This document shows positions 1 through 8,993 of a stretch of 64,000 bases of DNA, one piece after another. Source of the DNA: a bacterium (lineage in GTDB: Bacteria; SAR324; XYD2-FULL-50-16); NCBI GenBank assembly GCA_032250835.1, contig JAVVEA010000014.1, forward strand, positions 1 to 64,000. The letters are read 5' to 3'. The position numbers were made by a program, and so were the translations under genes. The notes under the pieces were generated by a model. It did no database searches. It had not been told where the DNA came from and worked only from the letters and a program-made list of their open reading frames with translations. Position 1 is the first letter of the stretch, and every line of letters begins with the position of its first letter.

Positions 1-102
1 ACTGAAGATTGCTTAGAAAAAAAGATCAGGAAGATCGTCTAATCAAAAAGTTGTCTGGACAAGTGGGTCCACTATACGGTTCGGCGTCGTAAATGGGGCG
101 AT

Positions 103-846
103 TTAGCTCAGGCTGCTGTGGATAAAGTGACCAACCCAACTTATAAGCTCCTGTGGGATGGATGGTTGAAGCGGCAGAAGCAATGAGGTTGCATCTCCTG
201 TCTTTGGTGCTGGGAGGGCCTCTCCAAAGTAAATTTTCCACAAACCTGCCAGCACTGCTGCCCCTATGATGCCAGCAGCCCACTTCATCCAACCAACGGT
301 ATCCTTCAGCTTTTTAATTTCCTCCTTAAGACTTGCTACATTGTAGTTTGCGGAACCCACATATGTGCTGTTGCTAGGATCAATGTACGAAACCTTCGGA
401 GATTTTCGGGGGTCGTCAACAGATTTTTCAAATTCGGCTAACCAAAGCGAAAATGCTGGATGCCCCTCTGTTAACACGATCTCCCTATCACTGGCGTTAA
501 AAACACAGAAAATCAGGTGCCCGTGGAAGCCAGGGTCAACGTGAAACCCGGAGACGTTAACTAAACCAGCCATCTTTGTTTTAGAACGGAGAGAAATAAA
601 TCCGATGGTGTCCGAGGGGATTTGTACGCATTCTTTCGTCATCACCAGTGCAATTTGCCCTGCAGGTATGCGGATTTCCTCGCTATTTGAGAGTTTTTTC
701 TTATCAGTACCCGACACCTTGACTTCAATTCCTGGCGAGAGTTCGTAGGCACCATGCTTCACATTGGATTTATCAAACGGAATAATCAGATTGGAATTTG
801 GGGCTTCGCCTGCGATAAGCAATTTTTGAGAAGTCCAAAACGACAT
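103..846 (-). CDS. dCTP deaminase/trimeric dUTPase-fold protein with C-terminal coiled coil and transmembrane helix
   Basis: Motifs AYEL, TKECVQIP and RSK..GL....FHVDPGFHGHL....N; hydrophobic WAAGIIGAAVLAGLW near the C-terminus; GGAGG RBS upstream. Confidence 0.8.
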   Translation of the reverse strand: MSFWTSQKLLIAGEAPNSNLIIPFDKSNVKHGAYELSPGIEVKVSGTDKKKLSNSEEIRIPAGQIALVMTKECVQIPSDTIGFISLRSKTKMAGLVNVSGFHVDPGFHGHLIFCVFNASDREIVLTEGHPAFSLWLAEFEKSVDDPRKSPKVSYIDPSNSTYVGSANYNVASLKEEIKKLKDTVGWMKWAAGIIGAAVLAGLWKIYFGEALPAPKTGDATSLLLPLQPSIPQELISWVGHFIHSSLS

Positions 847-1306
847 TTTACCTCCAAATTTACTTATTACGTTTATTTATTTTAACCTGAATTTGGTAGC
901 TCAACTCTTATCGAAATTTCATGGCTATTTGTTCTTTTACCGTATTTTAAGTGAGCGTAGACCAAGTGAATCTAAAAATATTTTCAGCTCTGGTGAGTCG
1001 TACAAGGCTAAGTTGACCAGATTTAAGGAATAAACCAACGACCTTGGCGGAAGGCTTTCATTTTTGAAGAGTAGTATAACGAAACTATTTGTGTTTGATC
1101 TGGAAAATTGTGTACCTGATACGTAAAAGCACCTCTTTTTTTGGGGGTACTTCGACTAATTGGACAGGCTCCAGGTGCTTAGATATGAACGCTTGCAAAG
1201 GTTATGTTTTTGTTGCTGAGGCGGAGTTAATAGATCACATGGAAACGTGTTTGGTCGCATTTTGGCAATTTCAAGTTAATATTCAATACTATACTTCTGT
1301 TTTTAT

Positions 1307-1906
1307 TTAAAATCTTGGCAAAAAGTACCCCTGAATCATTTGGGGGTCGCGAACACAAATTTGGATATGATTTTTCTCTGCAAAACCTGCGTTTGGATAA
1401 AGATCTCTTCCCTCCCAAAAAACAGCTCGCACAGTATCAAATTCTGGTTTATTGTTTTCTTTCATGTATTCATGAATTGACTCTATTACAGCACAATCAA
1501 GTTCCCTTAACAGCAAATCTGTTGTTTTTCGCAACCCGCTTCTGTTTGTCGGCAAGGGCTTTTTTAATTTTTCAGTGTGAGCCTTGAAGTGCTCATACCC
1601 CCCCTTTAAAAAATCAAGGTGCTTTGCTTCAATGAGGTTAAAGCAATTTCCCAAATCAATTATCGCCCCAATTACAGCTGGATTCTTAATTGGGTCTTTT
1701 GAACTCAGCCTTGGATTTTTATGAATGTCCTCGGCATACTTCCTTGCACGTTGTGGATCATTTTCCCAGAAGTAAGTACCATGCCCTAGCCAGTCATAAT
1801 TATTTTTACTGGGCTCAAGATTACTCGTAGCGTCGTTGACAATTTTTTCGACAATGCTTTGATCACAGCCGTGATAAGCGAGAACAAAATGTGGTAAGGT
1901 ATTCAC
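1307..1906 (-). CDS. Putative ADP-ribosyltransferase-fold protein (toxin-like)
   Basis: YHGC...WLGHGTYFWE...HIQICV resembles the H-Y-[EQ] ART scaffold. Confidence 0.6.
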   Translation of the reverse strand: MNTLPHFVLAYHGCDQSIVEKIVNDATSNLEPSKNNYDWLGHGTYFWENDPQRARKYAEDIHKNPRLSSKDPIKNPAVIGAIIDLGNCFNLIEAKHLDFLKGGYEHFKAHTEKLKKPLPTNRSGLRKTTDLLLRELDCAVIESIHEYMKENNKPEFDTVRAVFWEGRDLYPNAGFAEKNHIQICVRDPQMIQGYFLPRF

Positions 1907-1927
1907 TGCAGAATGTAGCTTAAATAT

Positions 1928-2236
1928 TTAAACTGCTTTTTTTTTTCCGTGTGTCGAAGTAGTTTGTTTGCCCCCTTTAGAGGCAGTGGGTTTAGATGCT
2001 ACGGACAGGGCACTGTAATTCTTAGTAAACTCACCCTTCTTTGTTACTATGCCAGCATTATTCAAAAATGTTATCGAAGACTTTCTCGAGCCCTCTTGAC
2101 GCACTTTTTTAGTAGCAGTCTTAATTTCCCCTAAAAGCTCTTCAATTAGTAACGACATCCATTCTCTCTTTACCATAGGGTTAGATAACTTAGAGCCTGA
2201 TCCATGAATAGCGCCTAGAGTATAGTTCATAGCCAA
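1928..2236 (-). CDS. Small basic protein upstream of the ART-like gene (candidate antitoxin/partner); true start may be MSLLIEE
   Basis: Co-oriented, 21 bp from the ART-like ORF; FLNNAGIVTKKGEFTKNY segment. Confidence 0.5.
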   Translation of the reverse strand: MAMNYTLGAIHGSGSKLSNPMVKREWMSLLIEELLGEIKTATKKVRQEGSRKSSITFLNNAGIVTKKGEFTKNYSALSVASKPTASKGGKQTTSTHGKKKAV

Positions 2237-2610
2237 TGTGTAGTCAAACTAAGTTAAGATTTGGAACTTGTTGTTTCTTAAACTCTTTCGGATGAAGACT
2301 CTATCAGGCTAGCTTTTTTCAAACGGCCCGGACACCCTATTAGGTGCCTGATGACACACGAGTAATTTGTTTTAATCACATTGTTTATTTGGATCAAGCT
2401 GTCACCTATGGCAAAATAGGTCATGCGACTTGGACGGTAGTAGGAAACCCCGTGTGCCAGATATGTGACAGCACCCCCGTTTTCGGGGGTACTTTGGTGG
2501 ACTTGAGGGGACTCGGGCGGACTGGCCTTGTGCCGGGTTTGGTAAGGTGGTTCAAAGAACTACAGGTTTTTCAGTCAACTGCCCGGTTTCCCCGAAAACC
2601 GCCAAAACAC

Positions 2611-2656
2611 CCTTCCAAGCAGAGGGTCTCCGGTTCGAATCCGGTTTCCCGCTCCA
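2611..2656 (+). tRNA. 3' fragment of tRNA-Gly(TCC) (att site duplication, not a complete tRNA)
   Basis: CCTTCCAAGC-AGAGGGTC-TCCGGTTCGAATCCGG-TTTCCCGCTCCA gives the anticodon loop, T-arm, acceptor 3' strand and CCA; no D-arm or 5' strand upstream. Confidence 0.9.
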
Positions 2657-2826
2657 AAAAAAAAATCAGAAGATTAGCGAAGCATCCTGCAGCTTAAGCG
2701 CCTTGAGGCAAAATAGACGGACCCAATACTGACCGAACCATGTTGCGCCAGCCTTGCATTGCTAAAGAGATGCTCTGTAGCCTGTTAGAAACCGTCAAAT
2801 ACCCACCGGCCATCCTCTAGCTTTCC

Positions 2827-2896
2827 CCGAAAAACTCCCTTATGCCCCCTCGGGTAGGCAATTCAAAGCCCTCTGGGTGTATCGGGAGTCTTTCGG
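2827..2896 (-). terminator. Long imperfect hairpin downstream of nrfA
   Basis: CCGAAAAACTCCC...GGGAGTCTTTCGG arms. Confidence 0.45.
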
Positions 2897-2907
2897 CGGC
2901 AACCGCG

Positions 2908-4416
2908 CTAGTTGGTTTTGTCAAAGTACGAAGAGCGTGTGTCGATCCCTTGGCGGGATTCCAGGTTGAGGTTTCCCTTTTCCACTGCACGCTTCAACCA
3001 CTCTTTTTCTAAGGTCGCTTTAAAGGCGAGTTTTTCCTTAACCAGCGTTTCTAACGAAAGACCGGCCAGCTTTTGGGCCTTTTCCTTGGTCGAAAAATCC
3101 GGTGCAGCGTAGTTGATGGCACCGTATTTTGCCAGAATCCGGACCAACTTTAGCCGCGCTTGCTGGGCTAGTTCGTTGGCCGAGGCCAAGAGCTTTAGCG
3201 TTTCTTCAGGCGCGTGAAAAAAGGAACCATGGCTTGCGATGGCGTAGTCCCAGCGCCACTGGGCGTGGCGGATATGGGTCTGGATGGCCTTTACTTCCGC
3301 TGCGCTAGCTCCTAGTTCTAGAGCCTTACCGGTTTCTAGGTGGGCTTTGGCCAGGTTGTCCATGGCGATTTCCATGAGCAGTTCCTTACGCTCTTTCTTT
3401 TCTCCTACGATGGCCATCAAGGTTTCCCCTTTCTCCCGGTGGCAGGTCAGGCAGGTTTGTTCTATATTCTCTAAAGGACTGCCCACTTTATGGCTTGAGT
3501 ATTTGATCGCCCCTTCTTGTACATAAGGCATGTGGCAGTCCGCGCAGGCAATGCCCTTTTTGGCGTGGATGCCCGTCCGGGCGATTTCCCAGCCGGGATG
3601 CTGGGCCTTGAGCATAGGCGTTTTTGAGATCTTGTGAGTCCAGTCTTTAAACTCAAGACCGTCATAATATGCCTCCATGGCCTCAGCGCTGGTGCCATTG
3701 GCCCAGGGAAAGGTTACTAGCTTGGCGACTTTCTCGGTTCCGGTGTCATCTTTCCAGGGAACATCTTTAAAGTAATACTCCGAATGGCACTGAGCGCATA
3801 CCAGCGAACGCTTCTCTTGGTGGGTAGAGTCTTCGAAGGTGCTGAGTCCGGCGGCCTGTAGCCCCCTGCTCAGGTGAGGCCGCCCCACGGCCAAAGACAT
3901 ATCCTTGGGGTCATGGCAATCGGCACAACCGATGGTGTTGACGATCTCGTCCCCATAGGCGGCCCATTTGCCCGAATAAAACTCCATTTCCCCGACCCGA
4001 TCAATCATGCGGACCACGTCAGGAGATTTACAGGCCCAACAAGACTTAGGCATCGGTCCCGTCGCCCCATCCACCGGAGCCCCGGTCCGTAGGGTGTTGA
4101 CGTTGTCTTGCAGCGCAAAGGCATGGCCGCGCGGTGCGTTATAGTCCTTCGCAAAGCCGTAACCAGCCCACAAAACCGGCAGCTGAGGCTTGGAATCCAA
4201 CATATCCTCGATATGGTCACTTTTAATGGTACCGTGCCAGGAAGAATACTGGCGCGGGAATTTCGCTTTATAAGACTCGTTTTTATAGGGCTCTGCCACT
4301 TGCGGGGTTTCATTGAGCGCCCTTCGTTCCTGCTCTTTGGTCAACACACTTTGGGTCATAAACGCCAAGGTCGCGATAACCGCCACCAACAATGCAATCG
4401 ACAATTTTATTTTCAT
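2908..4416 (-). CDS. nrfA: Cytochrome c552 ammonia-forming nitrite reductase
   Basis: CWACK active-site heme motif plus four CxxCH; KAQHP motif; N-terminal signal/anchor. Confidence 0.97.
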   Translation of the reverse strand: MKIKLSIALLVAVIATLAFMTQSVLTKEQERRALNETPQVAEPYKNESYKAKFPRQYSSWHGTIKSDHIEDMLDSKPQLPVLWAGYGFAKDYNAPRGHAFALQDNVNTLRTGAPVDGATGPMPKSCWACKSPDVVRMIDRVGEMEFYSGKWAAYGDEIVNTIGCADCHDPKDMSLAVGRPHLSRGLQAAGLSTFEDSTHQEKRSLVCAQCHSEYYFKDVPWKDDTGTEKVAKLVTFPWANGTSAEAMEAYYDGLEFKDWTHKISKTPMLKAQHPGWEIARTGIHAKKGIACADCHMPYVQEGAIKYSSHKVGSPLENIEQTCLTCHREKGETLMAIVGEKKERKELLMEIAMDNLAKAHLETGKALELGASAAEVKAIQTHIRHAQWRWDYAIASHGSFFHAPEETLKLLASANELAQQARLKLVRILAKYGAINYAAPDFSTKEKAQKLAGLSLETLVKEKLAFKATLEKEWLKRAVEKGNLNLESRQGIDTRSSYFDKTN

Positions 4417-4431
4417 GGTATCCTCCCGATT

Positions 4432-4980
4432 TTATTTCAACTCTTTGACGCCGATTGCATGCGGCGTAGAATAGATCGCTCTGGCCGTGCCGTGGGGCAC
4501 CGCACGGTGGCAGGTCCAACAATTACGACGGTCTTCAGGGCCATGTCCTGACACCTGGGCATTGAGCGCGGCGTTAGCTTGCAAGGTGCCCACTAGAGGA
4601 GAATGGCAGCGGATACAGTTTTGTTGCACCCGCTTTGCGCCATGTTGGCTGATGTTGATGGAAGGGCCGAGATCCCCAGAGAAGGTAAAGGCGTAGGAAT
4701 GATTCCATCCATCTAGGGCTTTGGCCGCATATTTGGCGAGCCCATTGCCCGCCGGTAGGTGGCAGTCTACACAGGTAGCAACCCTGGCGTGGGCGCTGTG
4801 TTGCCAACTAGCGTAAGAGGCGTTCATCACATGGCAATTGATGCAGGCCTTCGGGTCGCTGGAAAAATAGGACCCCGCTTTAGAAGCCTTCACTAGGTTG
4901 ACCAACAATGCAGCGGCAATAAGCAGAAGCATTGAAATCAAAATTAGAGCGCTTTTGCGGTTCATGTTTCGTTGGGGCAT
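4432..4980 (-). CDS. nrfH: Tetraheme NapC/NirT-family small subunit of nitrite reductase
   Basis: N-terminal TM; CINCH, CVDCH, CIRCH, CWTCH; directly upstream of nrfA. Confidence 0.95.
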   Translation of the reverse strand: MPQRNMNRKSALILISMLLLIAAALLVNLVKASKAGSYFSSDPKACINCHVMNASYASWQHSAHARVATCVDCHLPAGNGLAKYAAKALDGWNHSYAFTFSGDLGPSINISQHGAKRVQQNCIRCHSPLVGTLQANAALNAQVSGHGPEDRRNCWTCHRAVPHGTARAIYSTPHAIGVKELK

Positions 4981-5599
4981 GGGTTGAAACTAAAACCTAG
5001 GGCCAGGAGCGAAGTCATTAAACTTCCATCAGGGCTTTGGGTCATTTATCTCATATAAAACCTGGGATCAGTAGTGCTGTTTTTGGTATGCTTCAAAGAA
5101 CTTATGAGCAAACGAGGTGGCCAGAGGCTAACAAAGACCCTGTTTTTTCATTAGGTTGAACTAGTGCCGCGTCTGGAACTTGGACCTTTTTCGGCAGTGA
5201 ATATTTTACAATTTTTTCATAAACTGGCCCCGCAACCGGGTATGGCCAGCGGTTCATTGGGAGCCAGAAGGGGGGGCAGAGGCGGTTGGAGGTCGGCGTT
5301 CCAGAAGGTTTATGGCGAGGGTAAAGGCGAGGCTGATGGGGCCTTGTTCCTATCAGCCGAGCCGTTTGGTTTCAAACAACAGGGCCAAGGAACCGGGCAT
5401 TCCTTTTGAGGAGTTTGGACTAAGGGACCTTGTTCACGGGCTTACAGGGTGGCTTCGCCTTTGAATTAGAAGTTATGCGGCCCTGGCCCCCAAAAATAGG
5501 GCCAGCTTTCGGGGGAAACGTCAGTCCCTTTACGGAATTTGGGACCGACTTGTTCCGAGCAGCCCCAGGGGGCTCATTTTTCAGTGCAGCGGTAGGGGG

Positions 5600-6082
5600 T
5601 CACCCGGCGGGCGCAATGGCGTGGACTTCTTCATGGTCTACAATCTCCTCCATATCAAGCACAATGATGGTGCGCTCTTTAAGTTTGGCGATCCCTAAAA
5701 TGAAGTCTGTATTGATGTTGGCTCCCATGTCCAAATGCTCTTCATATTCATGAGGCTCAATGGTCACCACCCCGACCAAAGAGTCTATCTTACAGCCTGT
5801 CTGCCGCCCATGTAAGTCGGCGACCAAAACACAGGTTTCGGGCGTCACCTCCCCTGGGGGGAGGTGGAACTTGGCCCTTAGACTGAGGATGGGGATGATC
5901 TTTCCTCTTAGGTTGATGATCCCCAACATAAATTCCGGCGTGTTAGGAACCGGCTCGGGCTCCATCATCCCAATCACCTCACGGGCTTCAAGGATTTGGA
6001 TGCCATACTCTTGGCCCCCGAGCATAAAGGTCAATAACTTGCCCCCGGCTTGGGTAAAGAGCGCGTCGGACTTGGATTCCAT
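5600..6082 (-). CDS. cheW: Chemotaxis coupling protein CheW
   Basis: LLTFMLGGQEYGI...PVPNTPEFMLGIINLRGKIIP. Confidence 0.95.
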   Translation of the reverse strand: MESKSDALFTQAGGKLLTFMLGGQEYGIQILEAREVIGMMEPEPVPNTPEFMLGIINLRGKIIPILSLRAKFHLPPGEVTPETCVLVADLHGRQTGCKIDSLVGVVTIEPHEYEEHLDMGANINTDFILGIAKLKERTIIVLDMEEIVDHEEVHAIAPAG

Positions 6083-6092
6083 CTGAGCCTCC

Positions 6093-8168
6093 TTAAAAAT
6101 CTTTGAAGTCGTCTTTCATCGGAATCGACTGCGAGGGCTTTACCAGCTTGTGCCCAGACCCTAACTGATGCGGTTCTTGCGGCTTGCTCTGGCCATTTTC
6201 CCGATGGCTGCGGGTCATTTTTTTAGGGTCAATGACATGAACCCTCGAGGCAGAACTCGCCGCTTGGCTAGAGCCGATGCCGAACTGCTTGCCCACTTCG
6301 TTGATAAGGCTACGCAGCGAATCGGCTTGGCTGTTTAACTCTTCGGCTGCGGCGGCCGACTCTTCGGCGGTGGCTGCGTTCGATTGGGTTACCTTGTCCA
6401 TTTCCACCAGCGCCGTACTGACTTGGAGCACGCCGCCTGCTTGTTCTTTAGAGGCCCGGAGGATATTTTCGACCATGCTCTTGACCTCGGTCATTCGCTT
6501 GGTTTGCACCTTGCTAGAGTCGCTAATCTGGTGGATTAAGCCAGCCACCTCCTCGGCCTTGGCGAAGATCTGGTTTAATACCTCGTTACCTTCTTTGGCT
6601 AAATCAGCCCCCGTTTTGGCACGGGCCGCTGATTGTTTGATCAGGTTGCCGATCTCTTTGGCGCTGGACTTCGAGGTTTCCGCCAGTTTGCTCACCTCGT
6701 CGGCCACCACGGCGAATCCTTTGCCTTGCTCTCCGGCGCGGGCCGCTTCAATGGCCGCGTTGGTGGCCAACATTTTGGTTTGGTGGGTGATTTCGTTGAT
6801 CACTTCAATGATGTCCGTGACCTGAGTGCTGGCTTCGTTGATCAGTTTCATCGCGTCGCTGATCTTTGCGATAGACTCAACACCCTGCGCCGAGGCGGCG
6901 CGGGCTTCACCGGCCAGATCAGCGGCAGAATTGGCCAACTGGTTCGACTCCAGCACCAACTCGGCCACCTCAGAAACCCCGAGCGCCGCCGTTTCGGCAA
7001 TGTCGGCGTTGCTCTTGGCTTGGCTGGCTACTTCCTCCATGGAGGCGGAGGTTTCTTCTAAGCCCGAGGCCTGTTCGGTAGCCCCTTGGCTTAAGACCTG
7101 CGAGGAATCGCTAATCTGCGCTGAGGCTGCGGCCACTTGGTCCGAGGCACCGAGAAGGTCCGAGACCAATTTGCGCATCATGGCGTTGAGGCCGTTGATC
7201 GCCTTCATCAAGTAAATACCAATCAGTGTCGCGATAATGAGGCTGGCAATGGCCACGACGATGATCTGCGTGAGGGTGGCCTCGGTCTCCGCCTTAACCT
7301 TGGGGCCCAAGATATCTTGTTCCTCCTTTACGTTTAACTTCACAAACTCGACAGCCCCGGCAATCTCGGGCCCAATCACGTCTAACTTGTCGGTGATCAC
7401 CTTATTGCGGGCTTCAATGATCTTGGTAACGCTTTCGAAGCCTGCGCGGTACTTATCAAACTTAACCTTAAAATCCCCCAACAACCGGCGGCGCTCTGGA
7501 TTCTTGAGGGTAACCAATAGTTGTTGGTAGCCCTTCTGCATTGCATCGAATTCTAGGTGCGTGCGGTCTATGGCTTTTGGGTCGTTGGTGTCTAGGAATT
7601 TGCCTGCAAAGAGGCGGGCCAGCATCAGGTGCTCTTGCAGCCGACCGGCCTGGTAGGCCGCTGCCGTATCTCGGTCCCCGTTGGCGCTGACCATGATCTT
7701 GGTGATGTCCTCGCGCATGCCTAAGCCGTTGGGGTCCATTTCTTTATAGACCGCCTGATTGCGCTGATCGCGGAAGTCAATGACCTCTTTGAAGGCCGCT
7801 TCGTATTTGTGTACCTCCGATTCCACCAAAGTGATCTTTTCGGCCCTTTGGGGGGCCTTAATCGCCGCCTGCGTTTCCTCTAAAAAGATCAGCATTTGTT
7901 TGTGACGTTCCCGGTAGCTTTCTAGACTCTGTTCGTCCCCTTTGATGATAAAGTCTTTAACGGCCATCCGCATTGCCAACATATTGGCCTGTAAACGACC
8001 CGCAAGGTTGGTGTCCAGCGCCAAACCGCGATAGGCTACGAAGTTTTCGTAGGTTCGCTCCAAGGAGCTGTAGCCAATTAAGCTCAAGGCAATGAGCAAG
8101 AGAAAAATAATGACAAAACTAGCTGAAAGCTTAGCACCGATGGTGAGCTTCTTTAGAAAGGTTGGCAT
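6093..8168 (-). CDS. Methyl-accepting chemotaxis protein with a large helical periplasmic sensor
   Basis: Two TM helices; signalling hairpin [30 protein letters not shown]. Confidence 0.95.
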   Translation of the reverse strand: MPTFLKKLTIGAKLSASFVIIFLLLIALSLIGYSSLERTYENFVAYRGLALDTNLAGRLQANMLAMRMAVKDFIIKGDEQSLESYRERHKQMLIFLEETQAAIKAPQRAEKITLVESEVHKYEAAFKEVIDFRDQRNQAVYKEMDPNGLGMREDITKIMVSANGDRDTAAAYQAGRLQEHLMLARLFAGKFLDTNDPKAIDRTHLEFDAMQKGYQQLLVTLKNPERRRLLGDFKVKFDKYRAGFESVTKIIEARNKVITDKLDVIGPEIAGAVEFVKLNVKEEQDILGPKVKAETEATLTQIIVVAIASLIIATLIGIYLMKAINGLNAMMRKLVSDLLGASDQVAAASAQISDSSQVLSQGATEQASGLEETSASMEEVASQAKSNADIAETAALGVSEVAELVLESNQLANSAADLAGEARAASAQGVESIAKISDAMKLINEASTQVTDIIEVINEITHQTKMLATNAAIEAARAGEQGKGFAVVADEVSKLAETSKSSAKEIGNLIKQSAARAKTGADLAKEGNEVLNQIFAKAEEVAGLIHQISDSSKVQTKRMTEVKSMVENILRASKEQAGGVLQVSTALVEMDKVTQSNAATAEESAAAAEELNSQADSLRSLINEVGKQFGIGSSQAASSASRVHVIDPKKMTRSHRENGQSKPQEPHQLGSGHKLVKPSQSIPMKDDFKDF

Positions 8169-8911
8169 ACCGACTCCTAAGTGGAACTGGTTGTGGTGGA
8201 AAACGGCTCTTTTCCCCCGGGCCGAAAAGAGTGTGGCACCAAAATTACTTGTGTTTAGTTTACAAAGAAAGAGTATTTAAGTTCAAGAATATTTTTATTA
8301 TTCAGAATATTAATGTTACCCCCCTCTTTAACTTAAGCTAATAGGGCGGGTAGAGGTCTTAGTTTTTTTAAGGACTATCTTAGACGTATTAAAAGGTTTG
8401 CCTATTGGAGTTGCTAGGGGCTTACTTAAAGAGACTGGGGTCTGATGATTTGGAGGTTTATGGCGGATCGCCCCAATGATCATTTGAAATATAAAACCTT
8501 ACCGTTACAGGCCTATCTATAGTCATCGGCGCCCAACTTCTGGCCGGTCACGCTACCTATCTTTGCAGGTTTATTTGCCCTACCTCCAGGGCCCGGCAGC
8601 CCAATGATCTCCAGAGGCAGCCGAAGACCCCTAGGGGGACAGCCGGTTGGCGGCGGTGGGGGTCTTAAAATAGGTTCTGCTTCATCTTTGCAGAAGCCGA
8701 TCATGCCCAGCCAATAATCCACAGGGAGGGAACGGGAAAAGTTTGTGATCGAACCAAATACTCTTGTTTTTTTCGATTCTATCTGGTTAATATCAAAGAT
8801 TTATCTTGATTTTTAATGAGGTCATTGCATTGATTTTAAAGGCCTTTATATGCTGTCCTTGGGTTTTGATAGGCTTTTGTTGAAATAAAGAGATTGACCA
8901 ACGGGACCTTG

Positions 8912-8937
8912 GAATATATACAGTTATTCATATATTC
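8912..8937. promoter_or_regulatory. AT-rich inverted repeat operator upstream of the MMPL operon
   Basis: GAATATAT-N10-ATATATTC, 56 bp before the ATG at 8994. Confidence 0.45.
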
Positions 8938-8993
8938 AAATGCACGTACTGGACGTGTTTTTATCGGACCCCAACGGAATTATCCATAATACA

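Larger units (their letters stand above)
1..2656. mobile_element. Right end of a genomic island integrated at tRNA-Gly(TCC); integrase and intact tRNA presumably left of the window
   Basis: AT-rich cargo up to about 2340, then a tRNA-Gly 3' half with no 5' half at 2611-2656. Host-like GC genes follow. Confidence 0.75.

Noticed and set aside
847-1306. Extra small gene between the Dcd-like and ART-like ORFs
   Set aside because: The open stretches lack a convincing start, RBS or motif.
2581-2656. Complete tRNA-Gly gene
   Set aside because: No 5' acceptor strand or D-arm upstream of 2611.
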